A stretch of DNA of 64,000 nt, from assembly GCA_965204345.1 (NCBI GenBank), contig OZ241981.1, positions 1,974,536 through 2,038,535 of the forward strand, in the 5' to 3' direction. The translations under genes were made by a program, and so were the position numbers. This document shows, piece after piece, positions 31,102 through 41,918 of this stretch. This DNA is from Nitrosopumilus sp. (GTDB lineage Archaea > Thermoproteota > Nitrososphaeria > Nitrososphaerales > Nitrosopumilaceae). The first letter of the stretch is position 1, and each line of letters starts with the position of its first letter. Under the pieces are notes generated by a model. The model worked only from the letters and a program-made list of their open reading frames with translations. It was not told the DNA's origin and did not search any database.

Positions 31102-31854
31102 ATGGCCTATACTAAAATAATGTCTTGTTTTGTGATGGTCTGGTTTGTTGTCGTTGTTATTAGCATTATTGTTGTTCAACCCAGTTATGCGAATCTTCAA
31201 GATAATCTGATAGGAGGCAGTGATTTTGAAAAGTTAAAAATTCTTGAATATGACAAGAATCGCTTTGGCCTGTTTGGCTCTGATCAGTTAAAATGGATCA
31301 TAAACTGGAATGGTGAGAGTTGGCAAGAGGAAACCCTGTTTGTTCAAGCAAGTAGCACTGCGTCCAAAATAACGTTTCTTGCCAGTGGAACTGACCGTCT
31401 TCATTTGGATGATATTGCACTGTCAAAAACATCGCTTGGGAAAAATTCAAACGAGTTTGCATTGGATTTAATTCCTCAAAAAAGAGCTATTACAAACGAG
31501 CAAGATGCGCCGTTTCTGCTTGAGATAAACCCGATCTCTTTGGATTCCACCTCTGCTGCTGCCACTCCCATGATACAACTAGACGTTGTTTATGATCAAA
31601 ATGATTTCAAAGAAATATCCGTAAATCCCGACAGCGGGATTCCCCCATTCAAATCAGTCATTTTGGTCCATCCAGCACAAACTTCTGGAATAAAAAACTT
31701 CACCATACTTTCGCAGGATAGTCTTGATAATAATGTACAGGTTGTGGGAACCGTTGAAATACAAGAACCAAAAAACACATTTCTCTGGAATTTAATCATT
31801 GGCATACTGACAATTTTATTGGCATTGGGACTGTTCAAAGTAATCAAGAAATAA
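31102..31854 (+). CDS. 250-aa exported protein with C-terminal TM anchor, copy 1 (VVYDQ allele)
   Basis: N-terminal signal peptide (...QPSYA), C-terminal hydrophobic helix plus FKVIKK. Confidence 0.8.
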   Translation: MAYTKIMSCFVMVWFVVVVISIIVVQPSYANLQDNLIGGSDFEKLKILEYDKNRFGLFGSDQLKWIINWNGESWQEETLFVQASSTASKITFLASGTDRLHLDDIALSKTSLGKNSNEFALDLIPQKRAITNEQDAPFLLEINPISLDSTSAAATPMIQLDVVYDQNDFKEISVNPDSGIPPFKSVILVHPAQTSGIKNFTILSQDSLDNNVQVVGTVEIQEPKNTFLWNLIIGILTILLALGLFKVIKK

Positions 31855-31887
31855 AAATTCTTCTGTATTGGCAGCGCGTACTGCTGT

Positions 31888-34506
31888 CTATGTTTTCACT
31901 TTGAATAAGGCAGCTTCACCTTCTCTAATGACTAATTGCAATTGAGGATTATCCTCAAAGAGGGCTATTCGTTCAGAAGTACTTATGTGAAGAGCTGGAA
32001 ATACTGGTAGAAGCTGGTTCACATCCGATTGTTGTCTGTCTTGCGGATCACCGCCAGTAATTAACACATATTCAATACCATACTTGTCCAATATTTCCAT
32101 CATTTTCATGTCTCCGGGATGGTGTAATACAAGGTTAGCCTCATATGCTCTCTCTTTTAGAAATGTATCATCTAACACAACACTACTGTGTATTCTTCTC
32201 CACATTTCTCTGTTATTAGTTATATCAAATATCTTTATTGATGAAAGCCACATTCCTTCACCAGTTCTATCCTCAAGGATGGTTGTATTTGAATCAAGAT
32301 TGTCATTCATCCAACCCATCACTTTTAATTCATTGCTTGTAGGTAAATATCCTAGCAAATTATCTTTATACTCGTATGAAATATGAGTATCAAGACTTGG
32401 AGTTAGTGCAATAAAAACCAACGAGTAAATCGCTATGGACAAGACTGATTTTGAACGTAATGAAATTTCGCGTTTGTTAAACCTAGTTGCAAGTTTATCA
32501 AAAATATCAACCCCTGCTAAAATTATTCCTATTTGAGAGATGATAGCTCCTAGTAAAACAAGTCTGTCAGGATACATAAACCAGAAAAGATTCTCGTAAA
32601 TTACTTTATTTGATATTGTTCCAAACACTAGGGAAAACATTACAATCAAAAATAAACTAAACTCTCGATTGGATTTAAACAACCAAATTGCAGAAAGAAC
32701 CCCCCCTAGTAATAAAATAAAATAAGGAAAATATATAGAATCCATGTTGTATATGTCTGCATCCTCTAATAATAGCCAAAAATAGTCGATAAGAATATTA
32801 TTTATCTTCTGCAATTCATCTGCAAAATAAACCAGTGATGCGCCTGATGTTACTACCAAAATAATTAACGCCAATCGTAAAATAAGCATATAGTTTTTTA
32901 TCTTAAATTTCCCGACTCGCAGTCCATTTGTTTTGGAGTTTATGGGGGATTTTAAGAGTATTAATTTAATAATTATAAACAAAACAAAGGGAACGATCAT
33001 GATAGTATATGTGATAAATATTACAACTGACAATAGCGAATAAATAATAAAATTAGAATTATTTTTATTATTAATAACTATGCTGATAAAAAGCAAAAGT
33101 ATGCAAGTAAATGTAGCAAATACAAAAGTTCCTGTAGATAATGGAGTAAGTAGTACATCATGAGAAATTACAAAATAACCTACTTCATTTCCTGGAATAA
33201 AAAACAATGCTCCAAATGCAATGCTTGCCAAGTAATACGATTTGGTTTTTTTGTATATTATTGAAAAACAGATGGGCGGCAAGAGTGCAACAATTGTTAC
33301 TGTGACGGCATATTGGGATATTGGCAGCATGACGTTTGTAATCAAAGAAAAAAATGCAGTCAAAGCATGAAATCCCTGAGGATAAACTGTCATTCCATAT
33401 GGCAAATCAAAAAATGGCCAATTATTGTTAAACACACTCGTATGATACATTATAAATTGCGAAGCGTGACCATGGTATTGCGAATCAAAAACAGGCGGCC
33501 AGTTCATATTTTCTGCAATTATAAAAAAGTGAGTCAGTGACAGAATTATGAGTATGCCTGCAATCAGATTTGGAAGAACTTTTTCATTTTTAATTTCAGA
33601 CAGAATTTTAGCTCTGTCTCTGAAAATCAAGTAAGAGCCAACCATCATAAACGAAAAGAAGGCTGTCAGAACAGTAGTCTGTGTAAAGTGAAGCATTGCC
33701 AGAAAAATCGCCAAAAGAATCAGCAATACCAAGCCAAAGGCAGAGTACAGGGAAAAATTAATTACAAATCCAAAATTCAGCTTGTATCGGATAATTTTTA
33801 ATAGAAAATACCCCATAATAACTGAAGACGACAAATAAACAATCATGGATGTCAGTATCTCGTTTTTAAAATTCGACCTGTCTGAACCTATTTTGCTGTC
33901 AAATAATTCAGGCACTACCTCTGCATCTGTAATGAGCGTGGTCTGGGAATAAGAGTCCCCTCCGTTTACAAATGTAATTCTAAGAGACTTGACATTGCCA
34001 GGATCAAAGCCAGGTTTATTTTGAACGTAATTGGAGGGATCTACAATAACTTTTGCCCAAGTGCCATCTTCTAAACCAAACCACTGTGGCAAATTCCAAA
34101 AAGGACGCTGTATATCATTTGCATCAACCATGATCAAAAATGCATTAGCCCTCCATGCTTCATGAGTACTTTTATTTATTCCAGCCACATTTTCAAGATT
34201 CATCCAAAATCGTAATCCTTGGCCCGTAGACAGATCCACAGGCTTGGAAAAACGGCACTCAAGAACTGCTGTTTCTGTGGCATCACTGCTGGAAAAATAA
34301 CTATAGGTAAAATCGCTATCATCATCATCATCATCACTATTCATATTCAGAGATTTGTCCAAAAAACTAGACTCTGAATCCCACGTACAGTTATTCTCAC
34401 TGTCAGACTCGAAAACATAAAAATCATGAAGATTTTCGGCAAATACAATTGATGGCAACGCACATAATACCAACAAAACAAGTGCTATCCCACTAACAAG
34501 AAACAA
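31888..34506 (-). CDS. Polytopic membrane protein, putative carbohydrate-binding domain + GT-C-fold glycosyltransferase, copy L1
   Basis: Signal peptide; DLSTGQGLRFWM...FDPGNVKSLRITF (CBM11/galactose-binding-like); many TM helices; loop DxQYH and YPQGFH; PDR; C-terminal WMNDN...YGIEYVL domain. Family call is inferred from motifs. Confidence 0.7.
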   Translation of the reverse strand: MFLVSGIALVLLVLCALPSIVFAENLHDFYVFESDSENNCTWDSESSFLDKSLNMNSDDDDDDSDFTYSYFSSSDATETAVLECRFSKPVDLSTGQGLRFWMNLENVAGINKSTHEAWRANAFLIMVDANDIQRPFWNLPQWFGLEDGTWAKVIVDPSNYVQNKPGFDPGNVKSLRITFVNGGDSYSQTTLITDAEVVPELFDSKIGSDRSNFKNEILTSMIVYLSSSVIMGYFLLKIIRYKLNFGFVINFSLYSAFGLVLLILLAIFLAMLHFTQTTVLTAFFSFMMVGSYLIFRDRAKILSEIKNEKVLPNLIAGILIILSLTHFFIIAENMNWPPVFDSQYHGHASQFIMYHTSVFNNNWPFFDLPYGMTVYPQGFHALTAFFSLITNVMLPISQYAVTVTIVALLPPICFSIIYKKTKSYYLASIAFGALFFIPGNEVGYFVISHDVLLTPLSTGTFVFATFTCILLLFISIVINNKNNSNFIIYSLLSVVIFITYTIMIVPFVLFIIIKLILLKSPINSKTNGLRVGKFKIKNYMLILRLALIILVVTSGASLVYFADELQKINNILIDYFWLLLEDADIYNMDSIYFPYFILLLGGVLSAIWLFKSNREFSLFLIVMFSLVFGTISNKVIYENLFWFMYPDRLVLLGAIISQIGIILAGVDIFDKLATRFNKREISLRSKSVLSIAIYSLVFIALTPSLDTHISYEYKDNLLGYLPTSNELKVMGWMNDNLDSNTTILEDRTGEGMWLSSIKIFDITNNREMWRRIHSSVVLDDTFLKERAYEANLVLHHPGDMKMMEILDKYGIEYVLITGGDPQDRQQSDVNQLLPVFPALHISTSERIALFEDNPQLQLVIREGEAALFKVKT

Positions 34507-34710
34507 CAGATTCTAAAATTTTCTTGTTTATTTATCTTTTCTTTATAAGATTAGGAATTTTGTTTTTTAATAAAAAATTACGTGGAAGATTTTTGATTGT
34601 CAATAGCATGGGTCATATCATCATCAATCTTGCAGGCAATATTTTTGCTCATCGTATATGTTATGATTTATAAAAAAACAAAAAAAGAGATCTGATAGGG
34701 TGAGAGATAG

Positions 34711-35463
34711 ATGGCCTATACTAAAATAATGTCTTGTTTTGTGATGGTCTGGTTTGTTGTCGTTGTTATTAGCATTATTGTTGTTCAACCCAGTTATGCG
34801 AATCTTCAAGATAATCTGATAGGAGGCAGTGATTTTGAAAAGTTAAAAATTCTTGAATATGACAAGAATCGCTTTGGCCTGTTTGGCTCTGATCAGTTAA
34901 AATGGATCATAAACTGGAATGGTGAGAGTTGGCAAGAGGAAACCCTGTTTGTTCAAGCAAGTAGCACTGCGTCCAAAATAACGTTTCTTGCCAGTGGAAC
35001 TGACCGTCTTCATTTGGATGATATTGCACTGTCAAAAACATCGCTTGGGAAAAATTCAAACGAGTTTGCATTGGATTTAATTCCTCAAAAAAGAGCTATT
35101 ACAAACGAGCAAGATGCGCCGTTTCTGCTTGAGATAAACCCGATCTCTTTGGATTCCACCTCTGCTGCTGCCACTCCCATGATACAACTAGACGTTGTTT
35201 ATGAGCAAAATGATTTCAAAGAAATATCCGTAAATCCCGACAGCGGGATTCCCCCATTCAAATCAGTCATTTTGGTCCATCCAGCACAAACTTCTGGAAT
35301 AAAAAACTTCACCATACTTTCGCAGGATAGTCTTGATAATAATGTACAGGTTGTGGGAACCGTTGAAATACAAGAACCAAAAAACACATTTCTCTGGAAT
35401 TTAATCATTGGCATACTGACAATTTTATTGGCATTGGGACTGTTCAAAGTAATCAAGAAATAA
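34711..35463 (+). CDS. 250-aa exported anchored protein, copy 2 (VVYEQ allele)
   Basis: Identical to copy 1 except one D/E change. Confidence 0.8.
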   Translation: MAYTKIMSCFVMVWFVVVVISIIVVQPSYANLQDNLIGGSDFEKLKILEYDKNRFGLFGSDQLKWIINWNGESWQEETLFVQASSTASKITFLASGTDRLHLDDIALSKTSLGKNSNEFALDLIPQKRAITNEQDAPFLLEINPISLDSTSAAATPMIQLDVVYEQNDFKEISVNPDSGIPPFKSVILVHPAQTSGIKNFTILSQDSLDNNVQVVGTVEIQEPKNTFLWNLIIGILTILLALGLFKVIKK

Positions 35464-35496
35464 AAATTCTTCTGTATTGGCAGCGCGTACTGCTGT

Positions 35497-38115
35497 CTAT
35501 GTTTTCACTTTGAATAAGGCAGCTTCACCTTCTCTAATGACTAATTGCAATTGAGGATTATCCTCAAAGAGGGCTATTCGTTCAGAAGTACTTATGTGAA
35601 GAGCTGGAAATACTGGTAGAAGATAGTACACACTAGAGGGGTGTCTGTCTTGCGTATAACCGCCAGTAATCAACACATATTCAATACCATACTTGTCCAA
35701 TATTTCCATCATTTTCATGTCTCCGGGATGGTGTAATACAAGGTTAGCCTCATATGCTCTCTCTTTTAGAAATGTATCATCTAACACAACACTACTGTGT
35801 ATTTTTCTCCACATTTCTCTGTTATTAGTTATATCAAATATCTTTATTGATGAAAGCCACATTCCTTCAGTAGTTCTATCCTGAAGGATGGTTGTATTTG
35901 AATCAAGATTGTCATTCATCCAACCCATCACTTTTAATTCATTGCTTGTAGGTAAATATCCTAGCAAACCATCGTCATACTCGTATGAAATATGAGTATC
36001 AAGACTTGGAATTAGTGCAATAAAAACCAACGAGCAAATCGCTATGGACAAGACTGATTTTGAACGTAATGAAATTTCGCGTTTGTTAAACCTAGTTGCA
36101 AGTTTATCAAAAATATCAACCCCTGCTAAAATTATTCCTATTTGAGAGATGATAGCTCCTAGTAAAACAAGTCTGTCAGGATACATAAACCAGAAAAGAT
36201 TTTCAAAAATTACTTTATTTGATATTGTTCCAAACACTAGGGAAAACATTACAATCAAAAATAAACTAAACTCTCGATTGGATTTAAACAACCAAGTTGC
36301 AGAAAGAACCCCCCCTAGTAATAAAATAAAATAAGGAAAATATATAGAATCTATGTTGTATATGTCCATCTCTTCGAATAATAGCCAAAAATAGTCGATA
36401 GGAAGATTATGTTTCTTCTGCAATTCATCTGCAAAATAAACCAGTGATGCGCCTGATGTTACTACCAAAATAATTAACGCCAATCGTAAAATAAGCATAT
36501 AGTTTTTTATCTTAAATTTCCCGACTCGCAGTCCATTTGTTTTGGAGTTTATGGGGGATTTTAAGAGTATTAATTTAATAATTATAAACAAAACAAAGGG
36601 AACGATCATGATAGTATATGTGATAAATATTACAACTGACAATAGCGAATAAATAATAAAATTAGAATTATTTTTATTATTAATAACTATGCTGATAAAA
36701 AGCAAAAGTATGCAAGTAAATGTAGCAAATACAAAAGTTCCTGTAGAGAATATAGTAAGTAGTACATCATGAGAAATTACAAAATAACCTAATTCATTTC
36801 CTGGAATAAAAAACAATGCTCCAAATGCAATGCTTGCCAAGTAATACGATTTGGTTTTTTTGTATATTATTGAAAAACAGATGGGCGGCAAGAGTGCAAC
36901 AATTGTTACTGTGACGGCATATTGGGATATTGGCAGCATGACGTTTGTAATCAAAGAAAAAAATGCAGTCAAAGCATGAAATCCCTGAGGATAAACTGTC
37001 ATTCCATATGGCAAATCAAAAAATGGCCAATTATTGTTAAACACACTCGTATGATACATTATAAATTGCGAAGCGTGACCATGGTATTGCGGATCAAAAA
37101 CAGGCGGCCAGTTCATATTTTCTGCAATTATAAAAAAGTGAGTCAGTGACAGAATTATGAGTATGCCTGCAATCAGATTTGGAAGAACTTTTTCATTTTT
37201 AATTTCAGACAGAATTTTAGCTCTGTCTCTGAAAATCAAGTAAGAGCCAACCATCATAAACGAAAAGAAGGCTGTCAGAACAGTAGTCTGTGTAAAGTGA
37301 AGCATTGCCAGAAAAATCGCCAAAAGAATCAGCAATACCAAGCCAAAGGCAGAGTACAGGGAAAAATTAATTACAAATCCAAAATTCAGCTTGTATCGGA
37401 TAATTTTTAATAGAAAATACCCCATAATAACTGAAGACGACAAATAAACAATCATGGATGTCAGTATCTCGTTTTTAAAATTCGACCTGTCTGAACCTAT
37501 TTTGCTGTCAAATAATCCAGGCACTACCTCTGCATCTGTAATGAGCGTGGTCTGGGAATAAGAGTCCCCTCCGTTTACAAATGTAATTCTAAGAGACTTG
37601 ACATTGCCAGGATCAAAGCCAGGTTTATTTTGAACGTAATTGGAGGGATCTACAATAACTTTTGCCCAAGTGCCATCTTCTAAACCAAACCACTGTGGCA
37701 AATTCCAAAAAGGACGCTGTATATCATTTGCATCAACCATGATCAAAAATGCATTAGCCCTCCATGCTTCATGAGTACTTTTATTTATTCCAGCCACATT
37801 TTCAAGATTCATCCAAAATCGTAATCCTTGGCCCGTAGACAGATCCACAGGCTTGGAAAAACGGCACTCAAGAACTGCTGTTTCTGTGGCATCACTGCTG
37901 GAAAAATAACTATAGGTAAAATCGCTATCATCATCATCATCATCACTATTCATATTCAGAGATTTGTCCAAAAAACTAGACTCTGAATCCCACGTACAGT
38001 TATTCTCACTGTCAGACTCGAAAACATAAAAATCATGAAGATTTTCGGCAAATACAATTGATGGCAACGCACATAATACCAACAAAACAAGTGCTATCCC
38101 ACTAACAAGAAACAA
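35497..38115 (-). CDS. Putative CBM + GT-C membrane glycosyltransferase, copy L2
   Basis: 872 aa; variant segments KKHNLPIDYF, DDGLL, QDRTTEG, GYTQDRHPSSVYY. Confidence 0.7.
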   Translation of the reverse strand: MFLVSGIALVLLVLCALPSIVFAENLHDFYVFESDSENNCTWDSESSFLDKSLNMNSDDDDDDSDFTYSYFSSSDATETAVLECRFSKPVDLSTGQGLRFWMNLENVAGINKSTHEAWRANAFLIMVDANDIQRPFWNLPQWFGLEDGTWAKVIVDPSNYVQNKPGFDPGNVKSLRITFVNGGDSYSQTTLITDAEVVPGLFDSKIGSDRSNFKNEILTSMIVYLSSSVIMGYFLLKIIRYKLNFGFVINFSLYSAFGLVLLILLAIFLAMLHFTQTTVLTAFFSFMMVGSYLIFRDRAKILSEIKNEKVLPNLIAGILIILSLTHFFIIAENMNWPPVFDPQYHGHASQFIMYHTSVFNNNWPFFDLPYGMTVYPQGFHALTAFFSLITNVMLPISQYAVTVTIVALLPPICFSIIYKKTKSYYLASIAFGALFFIPGNELGYFVISHDVLLTIFSTGTFVFATFTCILLLFISIVINNKNNSNFIIYSLLSVVIFITYTIMIVPFVLFIIIKLILLKSPINSKTNGLRVGKFKIKNYMLILRLALIILVVTSGASLVYFADELQKKHNLPIDYFWLLFEEMDIYNIDSIYFPYFILLLGGVLSATWLFKSNREFSLFLIVMFSLVFGTISNKVIFENLFWFMYPDRLVLLGAIISQIGIILAGVDIFDKLATRFNKREISLRSKSVLSIAICSLVFIALIPSLDTHISYEYDDGLLGYLPTSNELKVMGWMNDNLDSNTTILQDRTTEGMWLSSIKIFDITNNREMWRKIHSSVVLDDTFLKERAYEANLVLHHPGDMKMMEILDKYGIEYVLITGGYTQDRHPSSVYYLLPVFPALHISTSERIALFEDNPQLQLVIREGEAALFKVKT

Positions 38116-38319
38116 CAGATTCTAAAATTTTCTTGTTTATTTATCTTTTCTTTATAAGATTAGGAATTTTGTTTTTTAATAAAAAATTACGTGGAAGATT
38201 TTTGATTGTCAATAGCATGGGTCATATCATCATCAATCTTGCAGGCAATATTTTTGCTCATCGTATATGTTATGATTTATAAAAAAACAAAAAAAGAGAT
38301 CTGATAGGGTGAGAGATAG

Positions 38320-39072
38320 ATGGCCTATACTAAAATAATGTCTTGTTTTGTGATGGTCTGGTTTGTTGTCGTTGTTATTAGCATTATTGTTGTTCAACCC
38401 AGTTATGCGAATCTTCAAGATAATCTGATAGGAGGCAGTGATTTTGAAAAGTTAAAAATTCTTGAATATGACAAGAATCGCTTTGGCCTGTTTGGCTCTG
38501 ATCAGTTAAAATGGATCATAAACTGGAATGGTGAGAGTTGGCAAGAGGAAACCCTGTTTGTTCAAGCAAGTAGCACTGCGTCCAAAATAACGTTTCTTGC
38601 CAGTGGAACTGACCGTCTTCATTTGGATGATATTGCACTGTCAAAAACATCGCTTGGGAAAAATTCAAACGAGTTTGCATTGGATTTAATTCCTCAAAAA
38701 AGAGCTATTACAAACGAGCAAGATGCGCCGTTTCTGCTTGAGATAAACCCGATCTCTTTGGATTCCACCTCTGCTGCTGCCACTCCCATGATACAACTAG
38801 ACGTTGTTTATGATCAAAATGATTTCAAAGAAATATCCGTAAATCCCGACAGCGGGATTCCCCCATTCAAATCAGTCATTTTGGTCCATCCAGCACAAAC
38901 TTCTGGAATAAAAAACTTCACCATACTTTCGCAGGATAGTCTTGATAATAATGTACAGGTTGTGGGAACCGTTGAAATACAAGAACCAAAAAACACATTT
39001 CTCTGGAATTTAATCATTGGCATACTGACAATTTTATTGGCATTGGGACTGTTCAAAGTAATCAAGAAATAA
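38320..39072 (+). CDS. 250-aa exported anchored protein, copy 3 (VVYDQ allele)
   Basis: Protein identical to copy 1. Confidence 0.8.
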   Translation: MAYTKIMSCFVMVWFVVVVISIIVVQPSYANLQDNLIGGSDFEKLKILEYDKNRFGLFGSDQLKWIINWNGESWQEETLFVQASSTASKITFLASGTDRLHLDDIALSKTSLGKNSNEFALDLIPQKRAITNEQDAPFLLEINPISLDSTSAAATPMIQLDVVYDQNDFKEISVNPDSGIPPFKSVILVHPAQTSGIKNFTILSQDSLDNNVQVVGTVEIQEPKNTFLWNLIIGILTILLALGLFKVIKK

Positions 39073-39105
39073 AAATTCTTCTGTATTGGCAGCGCGTACT
39101 GCTGT

Positions 39106-41724
39106 CTATGTTTTCACTTTGAATAAGGCAGCTTCACCTTCTCTAATGACTAATTGCAATTGAGGATTATCCTCAAAGAGGGCTATTCGTTCAGAAGTAC
39201 TTATGTGAAGAGCTGGAAATACTGGTAGAAGCTGGTTCACATCCGATTGTTGTCTGTCTTGCGGATCACCGCCAGTAATTAACACATATTCAATACCATA
39301 CTTGTCCAATATTTCCATCATTTTCATGTCTCCGGGATGGTGTAATACAAGGTTAGCCTCATATGCTCTCTCTTTTAGAAATGTATCATCTAACACAACA
39401 CTACTGTGTATTCTTCTCCACATTTCTCTGTTATTAGTTATATCAAATATCTTTATTGATGAAAGCCACATTCCTTCACCAGTTCTATCCTCAAGGATGG
39501 TTGTATTTGAATCAAGATTGTCATTCATCCAACCCATCACTTTTAATTCATTGCTTGTAGGTAAATATCCTAGCAAATTATCTTTATACTCGTATGAAAT
39601 ATGAGTATCAAGACTTGGAGTTAGTGCAATAAAAACCAACGAGTAAATCGCTATGGACAAGACTGATTTTGAACGTAATGAAATTTCGCGTTTGTTAAAC
39701 CTAGTTGCAAGTTTATCAAAAATATCAACCCCTGCTAAAATTATTCCTATTTGAGAGATGATAGCTCCTAGTAAAACAAGTCTGTCAGGATACATAAACC
39801 AGAAAAGATTCTCGTAAATTACTTTATTTGATATTGTTCCAAACACTAGGGAAAACATTACAATCAAAAATAAACTAAACTCTCGATTGGATTTAAACAA
39901 CCAAATTGCAGAAAGAACCCCCCCTAGTAATAAAATAAAATAAGGAAAATATATAGAATCCATGTTGTATATGTCTGCATCCTCTAATAATAGCCAAAAA
40001 TAGTCGATAAGAATATTATTTATCTTCTGCAATTCATCTGCAAAATAAACCAGTGATGCGCCTGATGTTACTACCAAAATAATTAACGCCAATCGTAAAA
40101 TAAGCATATAGTTTTTTATCTTAAATTTCCCGACTCGCAGTCCATTTGTTTTGGAGTTTATGGGGGATTTTAAGAGTATTAATTTAATAATTATAAACAA
40201 AACAAAGGGAACGATCATGATAGTATATGTGATAAATATTACAACTGACAATAGCGAATAAATAATAAAATTAGAATTATTTTTATTATTAATAACTATG
40301 CTGATAAAAAGCAAAAGTATGCAAGTAAATGTAACAAATACAAAAGTTCCTGTAGATAATGGAGTAAGTAGTACATCATGAGAAATTACAAAATAACCTA
40401 CTTCATTTCCTGGAATAAAAAACAATGCTCCAAATGCAATGCTTGCCAAGTAATACGATTTGGTTTTTTTGTATATTATTGAAAAACAGATGGGCGGCAA
40501 GAGTGCAACAATTGTTACTGTGACGGCATATTGGGATATTGGCAGCATGACGTTTGTAATCAAAGAAAAAAATGCAGTCAAAGCATGAAATCCCTGAGGA
40601 TAAACTGTCATTCCATATGGCAAATCAAAAAATGGCCAATTATTGTTAAACACACTCGTATGATACATTATAAATTGCGAAGCGTGACCATGGTATTGCG
40701 AATCAAAAACAGGCGGCCAGCTCATATTTTCTGCAATTATAAAAAAGTGAGTCAGTGACAGAATTATGAGTATGCCTGCAATCAGATTTGGAAGAACTTT
40801 TTCATTTTTAATTTCAGACAGAATTTTAGCTCTGTCTCTGAAAATCAAGTAAGAGCCAACCATCATAAACGAAAAGAAGGCTGTCAGAACAGTAGTCTGT
40901 GTAAAGTGAAGCATTGCCAGAAAAATCGCCAAAAGAATCAGCAATACCAAGCCAAAGGCAGAGTACAGGGAAAAATTAATTACAAATCCAAAATTCAGCT
41001 TGTATCGGATAATTTTTAATAGAAAATACCCCATAATAACTGAAGACGACAAATAAACAATCATGGATGTCAGTATCTCGTTTTTAAAATTCGACCTGTC
41101 TGAACCTATTTTGCTGTCAAATAATTCAGGCACTACCTCTGCATCTGTAATGAGCGTGGTCTGGGAATAAGAGTCCCCTCCGTTTACAAATGTAATTCTA
41201 AGAGACTTGACATTGCCAGGATCAAAGCCAGGTTTATTTTGAACGTAATTGGAGGGATCTACAATAACTTTTGCCCAAGTGCCATCTTCTAAACCAAACC
41301 ACTGTGGCAAATTCCAAAAAAGACGCTGTATATCATTTGCATCAACCATGATCAAAAATGCATTAGCCCTCCATGCTTCAGGAGTACTTTTATTTATTCC
41401 AGCCACATTTTCAAGATTCATCCAAAATCGTAATCCTTGGCCCGTAGACAGATCCACAGGCTTGGAAAAACGGCACTCAAGAACTGCTGTTTCTGTGGCA
41501 TCACTGCTGGAAAAATAACTATAGGTAAAATCGCTATCATCATCATCATCATCACTATTCATATTCAGAGATTTGTCCAAAAAACTAGACTCTGAATCCC
41601 ACGTACAGTTATTCTCACTGTCAGACTCGAAAACATAAAAATCATGAAGATTTTCGGCAAATACAATTGATGGCAACGCACATAATACCAACAAAACAAG
41701 TGCTATCCCACTAACAAGAAACAA
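39106..41724 (-). CDS. Putative CBM + GT-C membrane glycosyltransferase, copy L3
   Basis: 872 aa; like L1 but with STPEA, QRLFW, MSWPP, FVFVTF. Confidence 0.7.
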   Translation of the reverse strand: MFLVSGIALVLLVLCALPSIVFAENLHDFYVFESDSENNCTWDSESSFLDKSLNMNSDDDDDDSDFTYSYFSSSDATETAVLECRFSKPVDLSTGQGLRFWMNLENVAGINKSTPEAWRANAFLIMVDANDIQRLFWNLPQWFGLEDGTWAKVIVDPSNYVQNKPGFDPGNVKSLRITFVNGGDSYSQTTLITDAEVVPELFDSKIGSDRSNFKNEILTSMIVYLSSSVIMGYFLLKIIRYKLNFGFVINFSLYSAFGLVLLILLAIFLAMLHFTQTTVLTAFFSFMMVGSYLIFRDRAKILSEIKNEKVLPNLIAGILIILSLTHFFIIAENMSWPPVFDSQYHGHASQFIMYHTSVFNNNWPFFDLPYGMTVYPQGFHALTAFFSLITNVMLPISQYAVTVTIVALLPPICFSIIYKKTKSYYLASIAFGALFFIPGNEVGYFVISHDVLLTPLSTGTFVFVTFTCILLLFISIVINNKNNSNFIIYSLLSVVIFITYTIMIVPFVLFIIIKLILLKSPINSKTNGLRVGKFKIKNYMLILRLALIILVVTSGASLVYFADELQKINNILIDYFWLLLEDADIYNMDSIYFPYFILLLGGVLSAIWLFKSNREFSLFLIVMFSLVFGTISNKVIYENLFWFMYPDRLVLLGAIISQIGIILAGVDIFDKLATRFNKREISLRSKSVLSIAIYSLVFIALTPSLDTHISYEYKDNLLGYLPTSNELKVMGWMNDNLDSNTTILEDRTGEGMWLSSIKIFDITNNREMWRRIHSSVVLDDTFLKERAYEANLVLHHPGDMKMMEILDKYGIEYVLITGGDPQDRQQSDVNQLLPVFPALHISTSERIALFEDNPQLQLVIREGEAALFKVKT

Positions 41725-41918
41725 CAGATTCTAAAATTTTCTTGTTTATTTATCTTTTCTTTATAAGATTAGGAATTTTGTTTTTTAATAAAAAATTACG
41801 TGGAAGATTTTTGATTGTCAATAGCATGGGTCATATCATCATCAATCTTGCAGGCAATATTTTTGCTCATCGTATATGTTATGATTTATTAAAAACAGAG
41901 TTAGCTAATCTCATAAAG

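Larger units (their letters stand above)
31004..41889. repeat. Left arm: three tandem copies of a 3609-bp two-gene unit
   Basis: ORF starts 31102/34711/38320 and 34506/38115/41724 are spaced by exactly 3609; near-identity begins at TCATATCATC (31004) and ends at about 41889. Confidence 0.97.

Noticed and set aside
31864-31887. Short GCAG-N6-CTGC hairpin between the convergent genes as a terminator
   Set aside because: Stem is too short to call; archaeal termination usually depends on oligo-T tracts.
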